A DNA stretch of 64,000 nt from a virus (lineage: Duplodnaviria > Caudoviricetes). The stretch is taken from the IMG/VR virus record IMGVR_UViG_3300033518_000398, positions 1 to 64,000 of that record; one strand, 5' to 3'. This document shows positions 20,471-30,948 of the stretch, one piece after another. The stretch's first letter is position 1. Every line of letters starts with the position of its first letter. A program made the translations under genes and the position numbers. The notes below the pieces were generated by a model. The model was not told where the DNA came from. It made no database searches and saw nothing but the letters and a program-made list of their open reading frames with translations.

Positions 20471-21264
20471 TATAATAAATCTCTTTTTAATTCGTGTAGT
20501 CTAATAATGTCATCAACGACACTGGTTTTACTATACTTCATTTCCTTTATTTTCTGAATAGCTTTTAAGATATTTTCTTTAACACTATCTTTATTAATTG
20601 CTTCTAACAATGTAAGACTTTCAGTTCTATAACTTTCTAAAAGTTCTTTTTTCTCTTTATCGTTGGTTTTTATTAATAATTGAAGTAAATTTTTCTCGTC
20701 TTCGTTTAAACCTGCATATTTTTCGTTAAATTTATCAACAGCGATTTCGAGTATTTCTTCACCAACGTCTTCACTTTCGACATTTTCAATAAGATTTTGT
20801 TTATATTCTTTCACATGATTTAACACAACAGTAAATGATTCGTAAATATTATCGACATCAACTTTATCATAATCATTAAGTGATTCAGTAATCAATGTAT
20901 CAATTGCATTATAGAGTTTAATTCGTTCCAAATCATAATTAGCTTCTGTTATATTACCAATGTTTTCCTTGAGGAAGATATTCAATTTTTCACGTTCGGC
21001 ATCAATTTCAGCAATGGTGTATACTTCAAATAACTTAATGTTATTATCAATATAACGAGTAGCAGCCAAATCATTGACAATATGTTTATTTTCGAGATTA
21101 TTAACAACCTTGAATTCTAATTGTAATATTGGTGAATTCTTAATAATATTTAAAAAATCGAAAGTAACTTTCTTCGACTCATCGAGAGAATTGCCATTGA
21201 AATATGATTCTCTCAATTTATTCAAAATTACTAAATTAGCTACTCCAATGTTAGTGTTTTTCAT
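20470..21264 (-). CDS. Hypothetical head-module protein
   Basis: 264-aa helical ORF downstream of portal; late motif at 21286. Confidence 0.7.
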   Translation of the reverse strand: MKNTNIGVANLVILNKLRESYFNGNSLDESKKVTFDFLNIIKNSPILQLEFKVVNNLENKHIVNDLAATRYIDNNIKLFEVYTIAEIDAEREKLNIFLKENIGNITEANYDLERIKLYNAIDTLITESLNDYDKVDVDNIYESFTVVLNHVKEYKQNLIENVESEDVGEEILEIAVDKFNEKYAGLNEDEKNLLQLLIKTNDKEKKELLESYRTESLTLLEAINKDSVKENILKAIQKIKEMKYSKTSVVDDIIRLHELKRDLL

Positions 21265-21333
21265 AATGATATTATTCGATTTAATATAAATACTATAATT
21301 AACTGTAAATGTTTCTAATCAACCTCATTTAAA

Positions 21334-23343
21334 TTATTCGGTTAACTCAATGCCTTCAATGTCCTCAAGATTAACATCTTCTGCTTCCATAATTTTTTGC
21401 GTTGTATTAAAACTTTGTGTTCCATTGAGTAATGAATCGATTTCATTAATCATGTCTTGGGCATTTTTATTCAATTTATCATTAATCTCATTATTTTCAC
21501 TAATGATTTTTTTATTCTTCTTTTCTTTCTTGTGCTCTGGTTCTGGACTATTTCCAAAGACCATTTTCTCAACATGTTGACTAAATTCTTCTTCACTTAA
21601 TTTAGAATGTCTTTCAGATAATGGTGGCATTCCACCCATGTCACCTCCTGCTGGTGCTCCACCTCCTGCTGGCGGTGCTCCACCCATATCACCACCTAAT
21701 GGTGGCATTCCACCCATATCACCACCTAATGGTGGCATTCCACCCATGTCACCTCCTGCTGGTGCTCCACCAGCTTCAGTTCCACCACTTCCAACAACAT
21801 CTTCTGGTGCACCAAATCGTTTATCGATATCTGCAAAAAGTCCAGTCTTTTTAATGCTAACTGGTGCATCTGCAAGTTCTTGCATAACTACTTTCTCCAT
21901 TTTCTGTTGTTTCAAATCATCAACAATTTCTCTATCACTCATATTAAAGATTTGACGTTTTGCTCTTGTATGTGACATTGCAGCAATACCGCCTTCACCA
22001 CGAGTTAATTCTGAATATGTTTGTGCTTTGTCACGCATTAATTCAGATTTTAATAGTTCTTGTTGTGTAGAGGGATTCGTTAGCGTTAATTCAAAGCTAC
22101 TTAGGTCATCTCCAGTATAACCCAATAAATATAAATGAATCATTGCCATTTTATTGAGTTCTTGAACCATCGCTTGTTGAATACGGCTAATTTTTTTTGC
22201 AAATCTGATGTCGTATTGTGCCATGTTCTTACCTGCACCTGCTGCATCCTGAAAGCTTAAGAATGGTTTTGGAACACCTAAACCAATAAATAAATTATCT
22301 CTGAGATATTCAATATCCTGAATTGCATCGAGATTCGATGCCCCGGGAAGCGTTTCTACTCCAGTTTGAGTATTTGCGTTTCTTACGGGTAAAAAATAAT
22401 CTTCATCATTTCCCATTATATTAAAACGATAATCTATTTGACCGTCATTTGGTTGAACCTGTGCAACTTTTTTAAACTTAGTAGCTACTTTATAGATGTA
22501 GTCCTCGATATCATCTTCATCAATGTTACCTACATCAATTTTAAATACCTTTTTTTCACCTGCTCTGATAATACGATAGGTAAGCATAGCATCTTCAGCC
22601 ATAACTAATTGACGAAATACTCTACGAACTTTATTTAAAATTGATGAACCGTATGGTAAATATTTATCATCACCCAATAACCTGAAGTGTGCGATTTCAA
22701 AGACATTAAATTCATCACCAGTCATTCTTTCTTTGAATTTCACAATTGGTTTACTGTTTTGAATCCTTTCGAAACGTTCAATTTCATAATTTACCAATTG
22801 TTTAACATGTGTGATACCCTTTTTAGGTTCTCCATAAAGTAATACGAAATTATCGCCATACTTTACAGTATTCCTCACCCAGAAAGGTAGGTTAACATTT
22901 ACATTAACAATATCGAAGAAAAATTCTTCTAATAATGTTTTTATTCTTTCCTTATTTGAATATATATTTAACATTTTTCCATTAATTCCAATGGTTGTGG
23001 CTTCTTCCATGAAAAGGTCTAATGCCGAAGAAATAATTGGGTAATATTCCATACCTTCATAATCCATATATGCTGGAAGTCTGGCTGCTTCATATTGTAA
23101 TGCCTTTTGAAACCCTCTATCGGTTGTTCTAAAAAATTTATTCTGGAGTTCACGTTTTTGTTCTAACTCTAATCCTTTTCTATGAATTTCTTCTGGAGTA
23201 TTACCCTTAATAACCACTTTAGCTTCTTTCGATGGTGTGCTTTGTGATATAGATGGTTGTGCATCTTGAAATCCCATTCCATCAAGATTCATCAACTTAT
23301 TAAGTTGTTGATATATAGTACCCTTTTTTTCTTGTTCAGCCAT
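21334..23343 (-). CDS. Portal protein (T4 gp20-like)
   Basis: YEGMEYYPIISSALD, IAHFR, QLVMAEDAMLTYRIIRAGEKKVFKIDVGN, EDYFLPVR, TLPG. Confidence 0.93.
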   Translation of the reverse strand: MAEQEKKGTIYQQLNKLMNLDGMGFQDAQPSISQSTPSKEAKVVIKGNTPEEIHRKGLELEQKRELQNKFFRTTDRGFQKALQYEAARLPAYMDYEGMEYYPIISSALDLFMEEATTIGINGKMLNIYSNKERIKTLLEEFFFDIVNVNVNLPFWVRNTVKYGDNFVLLYGEPKKGITHVKQLVNYEIERFERIQNSKPIVKFKERMTGDEFNVFEIAHFRLLGDDKYLPYGSSILNKVRRVFRQLVMAEDAMLTYRIIRAGEKKVFKIDVGNIDEDDIEDYIYKVATKFKKVAQVQPNDGQIDYRFNIMGNDEDYFLPVRNANTQTGVETLPGASNLDAIQDIEYLRDNLFIGLGVPKPFLSFQDAAGAGKNMAQYDIRFAKKISRIQQAMVQELNKMAMIHLYLLGYTGDDLSSFELTLTNPSTQQELLKSELMRDKAQTYSELTRGEGGIAAMSHTRAKRQIFNMSDREIVDDLKQQKMEKVVMQELADAPVSIKKTGLFADIDKRFGAPEDVVGSGGTEAGGAPAGGDMGGMPPLGGDMGGMPPLGGDMGGAPPAGGGAPAGGDMGGMPPLSERHSKLSEEEFSQHVEKMVFGNSPEPEHKKEKKNKKIISENNEINDKLNKNAQDMINEIDSLLNGTQSFNTTQKIMEAEDVNLEDIEGIELTE
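21623..21772 (-). repeat. Coding GGDMGG(M/A)PP repeats in the portal C-terminal tail
   Basis: 30-nt units such as GGTGGCATTCCACCCATATCACCACCTAAT on the + strand. Confidence 0.85.
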
Positions 23344-23414
23344 TTTATAATTTTTTATATTTTTTTATAAATACTTTAATTTTTCGCAAAAGTTGATTTA
23401 ACTATAAATACATT

Positions 23415-24716
23415 CTATCTTTTGTTTTTATCTTTCAAGCCATTAAATAGCCAAGAGTTTGCAATATAGGAATTCAGATGTGATGCACTGTTTGGTGAAA
23501 TCATTGGTTTGTTTTTTATACCTCTTGTTTTTTCTATATTATCGATATCGTTAAGAGTAATTATAGAATTTAATAATTTTTCGGTAACACCTTTACTTTG
23601 CTTATATCTTGCCATGTCGAAATTAACAACATATAAACCAATTGAAAGTCCCATAATACTATCATCATGGAAGCTACGTTTATGGTCTGCAACTCGATTT
23701 CCTGCAACAGTAACAAATGTCTTTAACTCATTCAATAATCTAATTGACCTAATAATAACGTCTTCCATATGAATAGCTCTTTGCATTTCAAGTACCACTG
23801 ATGCACGATTATTACCAATGAAGAATCCGGGGATTAAATCCACATTAATTGTCACCCCATCTGGCATTACTTTTTGCCCTCTTTTCACATAACCACTTAA
23901 TCTATCTCTGGTTGGCTTATGTGTCACCTCTGCATAATGCACATTTTGGTATCCAAACTCTAAAAGTTTTTCGATACTTTGAACACCATAACCACCAGTG
24001 ACATCTACAATAGTATATGCATTATTATATCGTCTACCGTATTGATATGCGATTTCGGCAAGTACTTGTGGAACAACTTTTCCATAATATTCTGCAACTT
24101 GTAATAGTTTATGTTTTTTTATTTTAACTTTTTTTACTTTATCACCTTTGGTAATAACCTTTTCTTCAATAATTTCGGTGTTTTTCAGGATATTAATTGT
24201 TGAATTATCCTCACCATGACCCGGTGACGCATCTATTGCCATAATATAATCTTCACCAACAATTGGGTCTTCCCATATCCACATATTTAAGTCCATGTAT
24301 TCCTGACGAATAGGTGTGGTTACTTCATGTTCTTGTATACGTAAAAGATATTCTTCAGCAATGAAGTTATCACCTGAACCCAAAAACGAACAATTGTGAT
24401 TTACAAAGCCATCTGCGTAATAGTCACAATCTTTAGAATCCACAATATCATAAAACTCAGATTCATCTACAATTTCTACGGATTTCACATAAAAATCGCC
24501 ATCGCTAGTTGTTAAATATGAGACGTTAGGTATTAATGTTTTTGCATACATATCACAACCATTGGCTAAAAATATATGGTCTCCACTAACCACAATCGAA
24601 AAATCGTTTTCTAACGTTATTTTATAACCAATTTCTTTAAATGATTTTTCAATTCCAAGGAAGTCAACAAATTCATTTGAGCTATTTAAAATCTCATACT
24701 CGGTATTAATTAACAT
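23415..24716 (-). CDS. Terminase large subunit C-terminal (nuclease) part preceded by a split-intein C fragment
   Basis: 108-aa IntC ending GFVNHN, then CSFLGSG; RNase H-like IDASPG and HDDSIMG. Confidence 0.9.
   Translation of the reverse strand: MLINTEYEILNSSNEFVDFLGIEKSFKEIGYKITLENDFSIVVSGDHIFLANGCDMYAKTLIPNVSYLTTSDGDFYVKSVEIVDESEFYDIVDSKDCDYYADGFVNHNCSFLGSGDNFIAEEYLLRIQEHEVTTPIRQEYMDLNMWIWEDPIVGEDYIMAIDASPGHGEDNSTINILKNTEIIEEKVITKGDKVKKVKIKKHKLLQVAEYYGKVVPQVLAEIAYQYGRRYNNAYTIVDVTGGYGVQSIEKLLEFGYQNVHYAEVTHKPTRDRLSGYVKRGQKVMPDGVTINVDLIPGFFIGNNRASVVLEMQRAIHMEDVIIRSIRLLNELKTFVTVAGNRVADHKRSFHDDSIMGLSIGLYVVNFDMARYKQSKGVTEKLLNSIITLNDIDNIEKTRGIKNKPMISPNSASHLNSYIANSWLFNGLKDKNKR
24393..24716 (-). 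mobile_element. Split intein C fragment (108 aa)
   Basis: Block B VSGDH, block F FYDIVD, block G HN/C. Confidence 0.85.
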
Positions 24717-25873
24717 GTTAAAAATTTAATACAATCATTAATTATTTTTAAATCCTTTTTATTTCTATTATATTCTGTAGATGTTACGATTTTTAAGTTA
24801 TAACCCATTTCCCTCAATATTTTATATCTTTTTTCATCATTTTCAAATGAATGCCAATAATTACCGTTATATTCAATAATGTTATTCCCCTGTTTAAAAT
24901 CAAACATCATTACCGTATTATCATAATTATATTCAGGTGGAATTCTTAAAACAAATTCTTGATTTAAATCGTGAAAATATATATCTTCTTTTCTCTCCAA
25001 TAATTCATATATACTCCAAAACAAATCTTGAGATATGACACTGAATTTATTTGCCTTTAATTTCGATAATATATTCATTTTCCTTTCAACACTATTTTCA
25101 TAATTTTTAACGCCTACTGAAATACCATATTTTTCAATATACCATTTTCTACTATTCGTTTTTATTTCACTCAATTTTTCTTTTCTTTTATCTACATGCG
25201 TTTCCCACTCACTTCCATATTCTTTTTGAAACCATTCTTTTGAAGGGTATCTTGGATTACATTTTGAACATAATACAATAATTTCATTATTTCTCATCTT
25301 CCAAAATTTCAAATTTTTATGTGTTTCACAATAAATGTTAATTTTATTAACGAAGAAAAATAATCTATAAGAAAATTTATTTAAATTTTTATTAAGACTA
25401 TTAAATTCTTGAGTATGTGAATATAAACTCAAATATAATTTTTTATCATCCTTTAATAATCTCCTATTTCCAGATTTACCGTAGTATTTTTTATAATCGT
25501 TTTTAAGTATCTCTCTAGTTAATTCTTCATCATAAAGATTTTTAATTTCATTTAATTCTTTATTACATGCATTCCACTGCTTTTGTGCTGAATTTATATT
25601 AGCAATCTTGAAAATTTTACTTTTTTTATCAAATATTAATATTTGATTATTCTCCGTTATTAAATTTATATCCCCATTATATTTTATTAAAAATTTAATC
25701 TTCGCCTCTAAAATTTTATTTGAGCTATATTTTTGTATATCATACGTATATGCATTAATTAAATTCAATAAATTGGGATAGTCTTTATTAAATTTCGATG
25801 TCCCACCTTTTATAAAATATTGATTTAGATTTTCAATCGATTTTAAAAGTTTTATTAGTATGGTCTTATCCAT
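24710..25873 (-). CDS. Embedded endonuclease-like ORF (Vsr/DUF559-like C-terminus) with its own late motif
   Basis: GAGTATTTAT on the coding strand at 25891-25900, then ATG at 25873; FDFKQGNNIIEYNGNYWH. Confidence 0.6.
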   Translation of the reverse strand: MDKTILIKLLKSIENLNQYFIKGGTSKFNKDYPNLLNLINAYTYDIQKYSSNKILEAKIKFLIKYNGDINLITENNQILIFDKKSKIFKIANINSAQKQWNACNKELNEIKNLYDEELTREILKNDYKKYYGKSGNRRLLKDDKKLYLSLYSHTQEFNSLNKNLNKFSYRLFFFVNKINIYCETHKNLKFWKMRNNEIIVLCSKCNPRYPSKEWFQKEYGSEWETHVDKRKEKLSEIKTNSRKWYIEKYGISVGVKNYENSVERKMNILSKLKANKFSVISQDLFWSIYELLERKEDIYFHDLNQEFVLRIPPEYNYDNTVMMFDFKQGNNIIEYNGNYWHSFENDEKRYKILREMGYNLKIVTSTEYNRNKKDLKIINDCIKFLTC

Positions 25874-27088
25874 AAGTATTATATTTTTAGATAAATACTC
25901 GCAAGAATTATTTTGTTCTTCGAACCTCGCATATAAATCAGAAATTTTAATGGTTTCGATAATTCCACTATTTTTATTTCTAACGGTAATCATCGAATTT
26001 TTTCCAACACAAAGTAATTCCTGTGCAATTTTACGCATGTCACCGTTTGCATCCTTAACTTGGTCTTCAAACCAAGGACTACTGGCTTCCCAACCATCAT
26101 CCATCATTTGAATTCTGGTTTCATTGCTCCAATTTTGGTCAACTAACCTTTTTTCATTTTCCTTACCCTTATTTTTTAACCAAGATAATTCTTTGTTATA
26201 TCTTGGGTCGTTATACCACCAAAGCTCAACCGCTTTGAAATTATTTTCTTCTCTACGTGCACCATCAAATGTTTTATAGAATACTGCATCGAGACCAGAA
26301 GGTGTTGATACCATGATTGCTGCACCACCTGTTTGAAGTGTTGGTTTAGCTGATGTCCAAAATTTATCACCCTTTTCTGTCCATGCGGTTTCATCCCAGA
26401 AAAGTAATGTGGGTGTATAACCACGAAGACCTCTTGAAGAAAACGCACCTAATGATGAACCATTATCATAGCGTTTTAGTTTTTGAGTGTCCTTGAATTT
26501 ATCATCAGATTCTTTACCAGTTTTTGGTCTAAGCCATTCAGGACAACCTTCAATGAACATAACCACATCATTCATTAATTCATCACGTGCGGTTTCGAGT
26601 TTATCTGCAACAATAGCAACGCTTCTGTTTTGATTAAACATTACATACCACGCAATATATGCACAAGTTGTTGTCGAAACACCCGCCTGACGATATTTAT
26701 TAGCTACAACAAATCTGTTGTTTACATAAGTATCAACTAATGTTTTTTGAAAATCAAATAATTTAAAATTAACAATTTGACCAGCTTTACCCCGTGTCTG
26801 GTCAAATATTGTTAAATAAGTTTCTATAAAATAAATTGGATTTGTGGCACAACGAACAAATTCGTATTCTTGTTCTAAAATCGTTAATTCACTGGCTTTC
26901 TTTGCGATTCCGTCTCTTGTAACGATAACTAGTTCAATTTTTCCAGATTTTTTTCGAAGTTCTTCAGCTAATTTTTTAACTGCTTTTTTTTCCTTTTCTC
27001 TTTGAATATCGTATGGTAGTACGGGTATGTGGTCGGGAAATTGCGATTCGTCATCTGGAATAATATCTTGATTTTTCTTCACACTCAT
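24710..27088 (-). CDS. Terminase large subunit N-terminal (ATPase) part + IntN + in-frame endonuclease
   Basis: FKLFDFQK, KYRQAGVST (Walker A), LFWDETA (Walker B), STPSG, AQELL then CVGKNSMITVR. Confidence 0.9.
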   Translation of the reverse strand: MSVKKNQDIIPDDESQFPDHIPVLPYDIQREKEKKAVKKLAEELRKKSGKIELVIVTRDGIAKKASELTILEQEYEFVRCATNPIYFIETYLTIFDQTRGKAGQIVNFKLFDFQKTLVDTYVNNRFVVANKYRQAGVSTTTCAYIAWYVMFNQNRSVAIVADKLETARDELMNDVVMFIEGCPEWLRPKTGKESDDKFKDTQKLKRYDNGSSLGAFSSRGLRGYTPTLLFWDETAWTEKGDKFWTSAKPTLQTGGAAIMVSTPSGLDAVFYKTFDGARREENNFKAVELWWYNDPRYNKELSWLKNKGKENEKRLVDQNWSNETRIQMMDDGWEASSPWFEDQVKDANGDMRKIAQELLCVGKNSMITVRNKNSGIIETIKISDLYARFEEQNNSCEYLSKNIILMDKTILIKLLKSIENLNQYFIKGGTSKFNKDYPNLLNLINAYTYDIQKYSSNKILEAKIKFLIKYNGDINLITENNQILIFDKKSKIFKIANINSAQKQWNACNKELNEIKNLYDEELTREILKNDYKKYYGKSGNRRLLKDDKKLYLSLYSHTQEFNSLNKNLNKFSYRLFFFVNKINIYCETHKNLKFWKMRNNEIIVLCSKCNPRYPSKEWFQKEYGSEWETHVDKRKEKLSEIKTNSRKWYIEKYGISVGVKNYENSVERKMNILSKLKANKFSVISQDLFWSIYELLERKEDIYFHDLNQEFVLRIPPEYNYDNTVMMFDFKQGNNIIEYNGNYWHSFENDEKRYKILREMGYNLKIVTSTEYNRNKKDLKIINDCIKFLTC
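25907..26011 (-). mobile_element. Split intein N fragment (about 35 aa)
   Basis: Block A CVGKNSMITVRNKNSGIIETIKISDLY. Confidence 0.75.
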
Positions 27089-27194
27089 TTATAAATATTT
27101 ATAATAAATACTTATGTGATATAAAACAGCAAAGTACACTACATATCTAGACGTAGTGTACTTCGATTTCCTTCTCCCAAGTGGTGAGATGAAC

Positions 27195-27677
27195 TTAAAA
27201 TTTTATTGAAGATGTTTCAACAAACTCATTGTTTTTTAATATGATTTTTCTACCATCAAATAAATTTTTTATTTGTGCGAGTGTCATGCCGTAATGAAAA
27301 ACCAATAATGGAACATCTTCATTATTTTTTTCAAACATCTTTTCATAATCACCGAAACCCTCACCATTAACTTCTCTTTCTATTTCATATGCCAATGCGT
27401 GAATAGTATGATAGCCATGCATATATTCTCTATCAACTGCTTCGTGTAGACAAAACAAATCGAAAGAACTTGTTTTAAGACTAACTATCTTATTGATATA
27501 TTCTTCTGTTGGTGGTACTGCATTATCACAAGCAGGTGAAATATCCCAAAGCCAACTCTCAATATCAATATTTTCAGGGTCTAATGAAAATATGAACTCA
27601 TATAATCCCTCATCTTTGGAATTGTATCCAATTTTTAAAACAAAAATCAGCTTTAGTTTGTTATCATCGTATTCCAT
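27195..27677 (-). CDS. Hypothetical late protein
   Basis: 160-aa ORF; late motif at 27692. Confidence 0.7.
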   Translation of the reverse strand: MEYDDNKLKLIFVLKIGYNSKDEGLYEFIFSLDPENIDIESWLWDISPACDNAVPPTEEYINKIVSLKTSSFDLFCLHEAVDREYMHGYHTIHALAYEIEREVNGEGFGDYEKMFEKNNEDVPLLVFHYGMTLAQIKNLFDGRKIILKNNEFVETSSIKF

Positions 27678-27729
27678 AATGTAATTTTCTTATAAATACT
27701 GATGCATATGAAAAGCCATGTGACTTGAT

Positions 27730-28146
27730 TTAGTTTTTACTTAATTGAAATCCAGTTTGTTTTTGAATTTCACTTAACGTAATACTCAAACCAATATCAT
27801 AATTTATTGAATGACGATTTATTATGAAACTCAAAATACGACCCATGATTTGTAGTATAATGCCAATACCAATTAATATGAAAAATAGAAACATATTTTT
27901 ATGTGACAATATGCTGAGAATCAAAAAGAAATAACTTAATTCCAACATCAATGTTTTCCATGAAAGTAGTACATGAAGTTTATCGTTAAAATATTCTGTA
28001 AATATTCTTCTATATTCTAACCAGTCGCATTCTGAATTATCTTCTTTTGTGCCTTGCACATTTAAAAAGATTTCAAATTCCTTTTCTTTCGTACCACCAA
28101 TATAGGTTCTACGATATTTCTTTCCTTCAAAATTTCTAATTATCAT
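27730..28146 (-). CDS. Hypothetical membrane protein
   Basis: Two hydrophobic segments. Confidence 0.6.
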   Translation of the reverse strand: MIIRNFEGKKYRRTYIGGTKEKEFEIFLNVQGTKEDNSECDWLEYRRIFTEYFNDKLHVLLSWKTLMLELSYFFLILSILSHKNMFLFFILIGIGIILQIMGRILSFIINRHSINYDIGLSITLSEIQKQTGFQLSKN

Positions 28147-28194
28147 AACATATATTTTTGCAATTATACGAAAAATTTAGAATATATGTTACAA

Positions 28195-28222
28195 AAAAAC
28201 CCGAATTTCTTCGGGTTTTAAT
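28195..28222 (-). terminator. Intrinsic terminator
   Basis: AAAACCCGAA / TTCGGGTTTT inverted repeat after 28226. Confidence 0.8.
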
Positions 28223-28225
28223 TTT

Positions 28226-30622
28226 TTATTTACCAACAGTTCCACCAAATTGTGTTTTACCTTGAGTTCCACCACCAGCAAAAGGACTTTTTATTGCATT
28301 ATTTTTTATTGATTTAGGTGCGAATTGAATTCCATTTTTACCCACTCTCAATGTACCACCACCTTCTTCAACAAATTGTTTCAGCATTTCATATCTTTGT
28401 TGAATATTTGTTTCTTTTGCTGCATTAGCGATTGCACCCATTTGTGGGTTAATTAATATGTCTCGAAATGCTTTATAAAATAAACGATTTACTTCTTTTG
28501 GATTATTTGGGTCAAGTTTTGCAAACTTTTCCTTCATACTCCAGCCAAAAATTTCGTTTACTTTTTCTTCATTAATTATTTTTTTTACTGCAACTGACTC
28601 ATATAATTTTAATTGTTTGTCAATTGCTGAGTCAAGTTTTTTAATCGCTTCTGATTTTTTACCTTCAGCTAATATTGGTTTTCCTATACCAACCTTTTCT
28701 TCAAGACGTGCACGAATATATTTTCTAAGTTTCTGTTCGCTTTCACTCATTGTGACATTAACACTACCTTTAGTTACTTCAACAGTTGTGGTTGCAGCAC
28801 CATCAGGTTTAGTTACTCCACCACCCAATGATTGAGCAGCAGGTGCAAAACTAATTTCTTCTGCGCCACTTTCTGTATCGTCACCAACTTCAACTTCTTC
28901 ATCTTCTTCGGTTAATGGTGCTTCTACTTCAGTTTCATCACTTTCTGGTTCAATTGGAGGTTGTGTTTCAAGACTTGCTGGGTCGATTGGTGCATTTGTT
29001 GCATTTACTCCACCGAAAAGTTCATTAAGTTTAGCAATATTGTCTTCATCACTACTTTCATTCATACCAGTAACAATCGGACTAAGCTTTTCAGCATATT
29101 CTTCATGTCCATAATCACCTTTTAATTGATTTAGAATTTCTGGATTAACTACTTTAATAACTAAAGCAACGTTTTCCATATCACCATCGTTCATACCATC
29201 ATTATGTGCATTTGCATATCCACTAACTAAACTACTAACTTCTTCTTCACCACATTCCATAAGTGCTTCTGCACTATTATAACCACGTGATTCAGCAAAT
29301 TGTGCAAAACCGCCACATTCAGCACACTGACTTTCACCAATTGCCGTTTCTTCACCACCTTTTGGTTTACCTGTGAAAAAATATACATCATCAATAGAGA
29401 AATGGTCTGGAAATGCTTTAGCAAGTTTCATTTTATTACTAGCATCTGCTTTCAAAAACAATTGAACTAAGCCAGTAGTAAACGAACCTTCACCTTGACG
29501 TTCACCATCATACCACTGCATAAACAATGACTTTCTACCACCTTCAACACCTTCGGCAGCCATCTGCATATCAGATTTATTGGTATCCATTTTAATTGTT
29601 TTGGGTTCAATACCTGCAGCAGTTTCACTATCTTCAACGCTTTGTCCCAAATCTGCAATATCTTCGGGTGAAACAATTTTCGTGATTTTTTCTGCAATTT
29701 CTTTTCTATCTTCAATATCAAGTTCAGGAAGTTTATCCTTAAACGCTTGAATGAATGATTTAAGATATGATTCAGTTTGTGATGGTTCTAATTCAGTTTT
29801 TCTAATAGTATTTGTTATTTTACCAATTTGTTTTTCAAGTTCTCTTGTTGTTTCTGTTGCAGGGTCTTCAACCGCAACTTCTTCACCATCTTCTTCGGGC
29901 ATTTCTTCTTCACCCTCTGGTGCTTCTTCACCATCTTCTTCATCACCTAATGATGCTTCTAAATCAGCAGCAGCGTCATCTCCACCTTCTGGTGATTCTT
30001 CACCATCTTCTTCACCGCCTAATGATGCTTCTAAATCAGCAGCAGCGTCATCTCCACCTTCTGGTGCTGGTTCTTCTGCTGGCATTTCTTCACCACCTTC
30101 TGGTGCAGCATCTACTGGTTCTGATTCAAGACCAGCTTTCATTTCTTCACCACTTGGTTCTTGTGATGGCATTTCTTTAGCTGCAGTAGCAGCATCTAAA
30201 TCACCTAACATGCTTTCAGCACTACCAATTTCTTGAGCAGCCTTATCTTCATTTAAGTTTATTTTTTTCTTACTACCATTTGGATTTACTTTTGTTACAA
30301 CCGCTTCATTAATGGTTTTTAACAACATATTTCTGTTTTTATCTGCTTCAGCCAATTTACTGAATTGATAATCAGTTATATTACCCAATCCACCAATATA
30401 TGCGAAATCAGATGAATCTGGGTCAGATTTAAGACCACCTTTTTTAATGTAATAGTGGTGGTTTTCTTTAATGATACCATAAGCAACACCATCTGCTGCT
30501 CTCTTATAGTCAATTAAAGTACCCAATGTACGATTTTTTGATTCCTTAATAGAAACTTTATCAACTTGTGCTAAGTTTTTTAGTCTTTGGAAATAAGCTT
30601 CTTGTGATGTATGTTTTGCCAT
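28226..30622 (-). CDS. Large acidic core/scaffold-like late protein
   Basis: E/D-rich low complexity, multiple LNE/LTE sites, late motif at 30665. Confidence 0.65.
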   Translation of the reverse strand: MAKHTSQEAYFQRLKNLAQVDKVSIKESKNRTLGTLIDYKRAADGVAYGIIKENHHYYIKKGGLKSDPDSSDFAYIGGLGNITDYQFSKLAEADKNRNMLLKTINEAVVTKVNPNGSKKKINLNEDKAAQEIGSAESMLGDLDAATAAKEMPSQEPSGEEMKAGLESEPVDAAPEGGEEMPAEEPAPEGGDDAAADLEASLGGEEDGEESPEGGDDAAADLEASLGDEEDGEEAPEGEEEMPEEDGEEVAVEDPATETTRELEKQIGKITNTIRKTELEPSQTESYLKSFIQAFKDKLPELDIEDRKEIAEKITKIVSPEDIADLGQSVEDSETAAGIEPKTIKMDTNKSDMQMAAEGVEGGRKSLFMQWYDGERQGEGSFTTGLVQLFLKADASNKMKLAKAFPDHFSIDDVYFFTGKPKGGEETAIGESQCAECGGFAQFAESRGYNSAEALMECGEEEVSSLVSGYANAHNDGMNDGDMENVALVIKVVNPEILNQLKGDYGHEEYAEKLSPIVTGMNESSDEDNIAKLNELFGGVNATNAPIDPASLETQPPIEPESDETEVEAPLTEEDEEVEVGDDTESGAEEISFAPAAQSLGGGVTKPDGAATTTVEVTKGSVNVTMSESEQKLRKYIRARLEEKVGIGKPILAEGKKSEAIKKLDSAIDKQLKLYESVAVKKIINEEKVNEIFGWSMKEKFAKLDPNNPKEVNRLFYKAFRDILINPQMGAIANAAKETNIQQRYEMLKQFVEEGGGTLRVGKNGIQFAPKSIKNNAIKSPFAGGGTQGKTQFGGTVGK
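29946..30066. repeat. 49-bp direct repeat (period 72) encoding EGGDDAAADLEASLG twice
   Basis: Copies at 29946-29994 and 30018-30066. Confidence 0.9.
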
Positions 30623-30698
30623 TTGAATGTATTTTAGTTCTTTATTATTTTATTATGCTTGTTTATAAATACTTTATTATGAACAAAAAGTAATGTCA

Positions 30699-30947
30699 CT
30701 ACAATATTTCATAATTTTCATTAATTATTTTATTGCTGACAAGCATTTCATAAACCCTTGGTGTTATTAAATTTTTTCTTTTTAGGTCATCGATAACCGA
30801 TTGATTTGCTTTTTTATTTGAAACATTTTCAGTTAAAAACTTTGTATTAGCGTGCAAACGTTCAACAATGTCATAGAAAGCCTTATCGGATTTTTTTCTC
30901 TCGACATATTCATTTAATTGTTCTTTTTTAACTATAAATGTTTTCAT
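30699..30947 (-). CDS. Hypothetical protein
   Basis: 82-aa ORF. Confidence 0.65.
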   Translation of the reverse strand: MKTFIVKKEQLNEYVERKKSDKAFYDIVERLHANTKFLTENVSNKKANQSVIDDLKRKNLITPRVYEMLVSNKIINENYEIL

Positions 30948-30948
30948 A

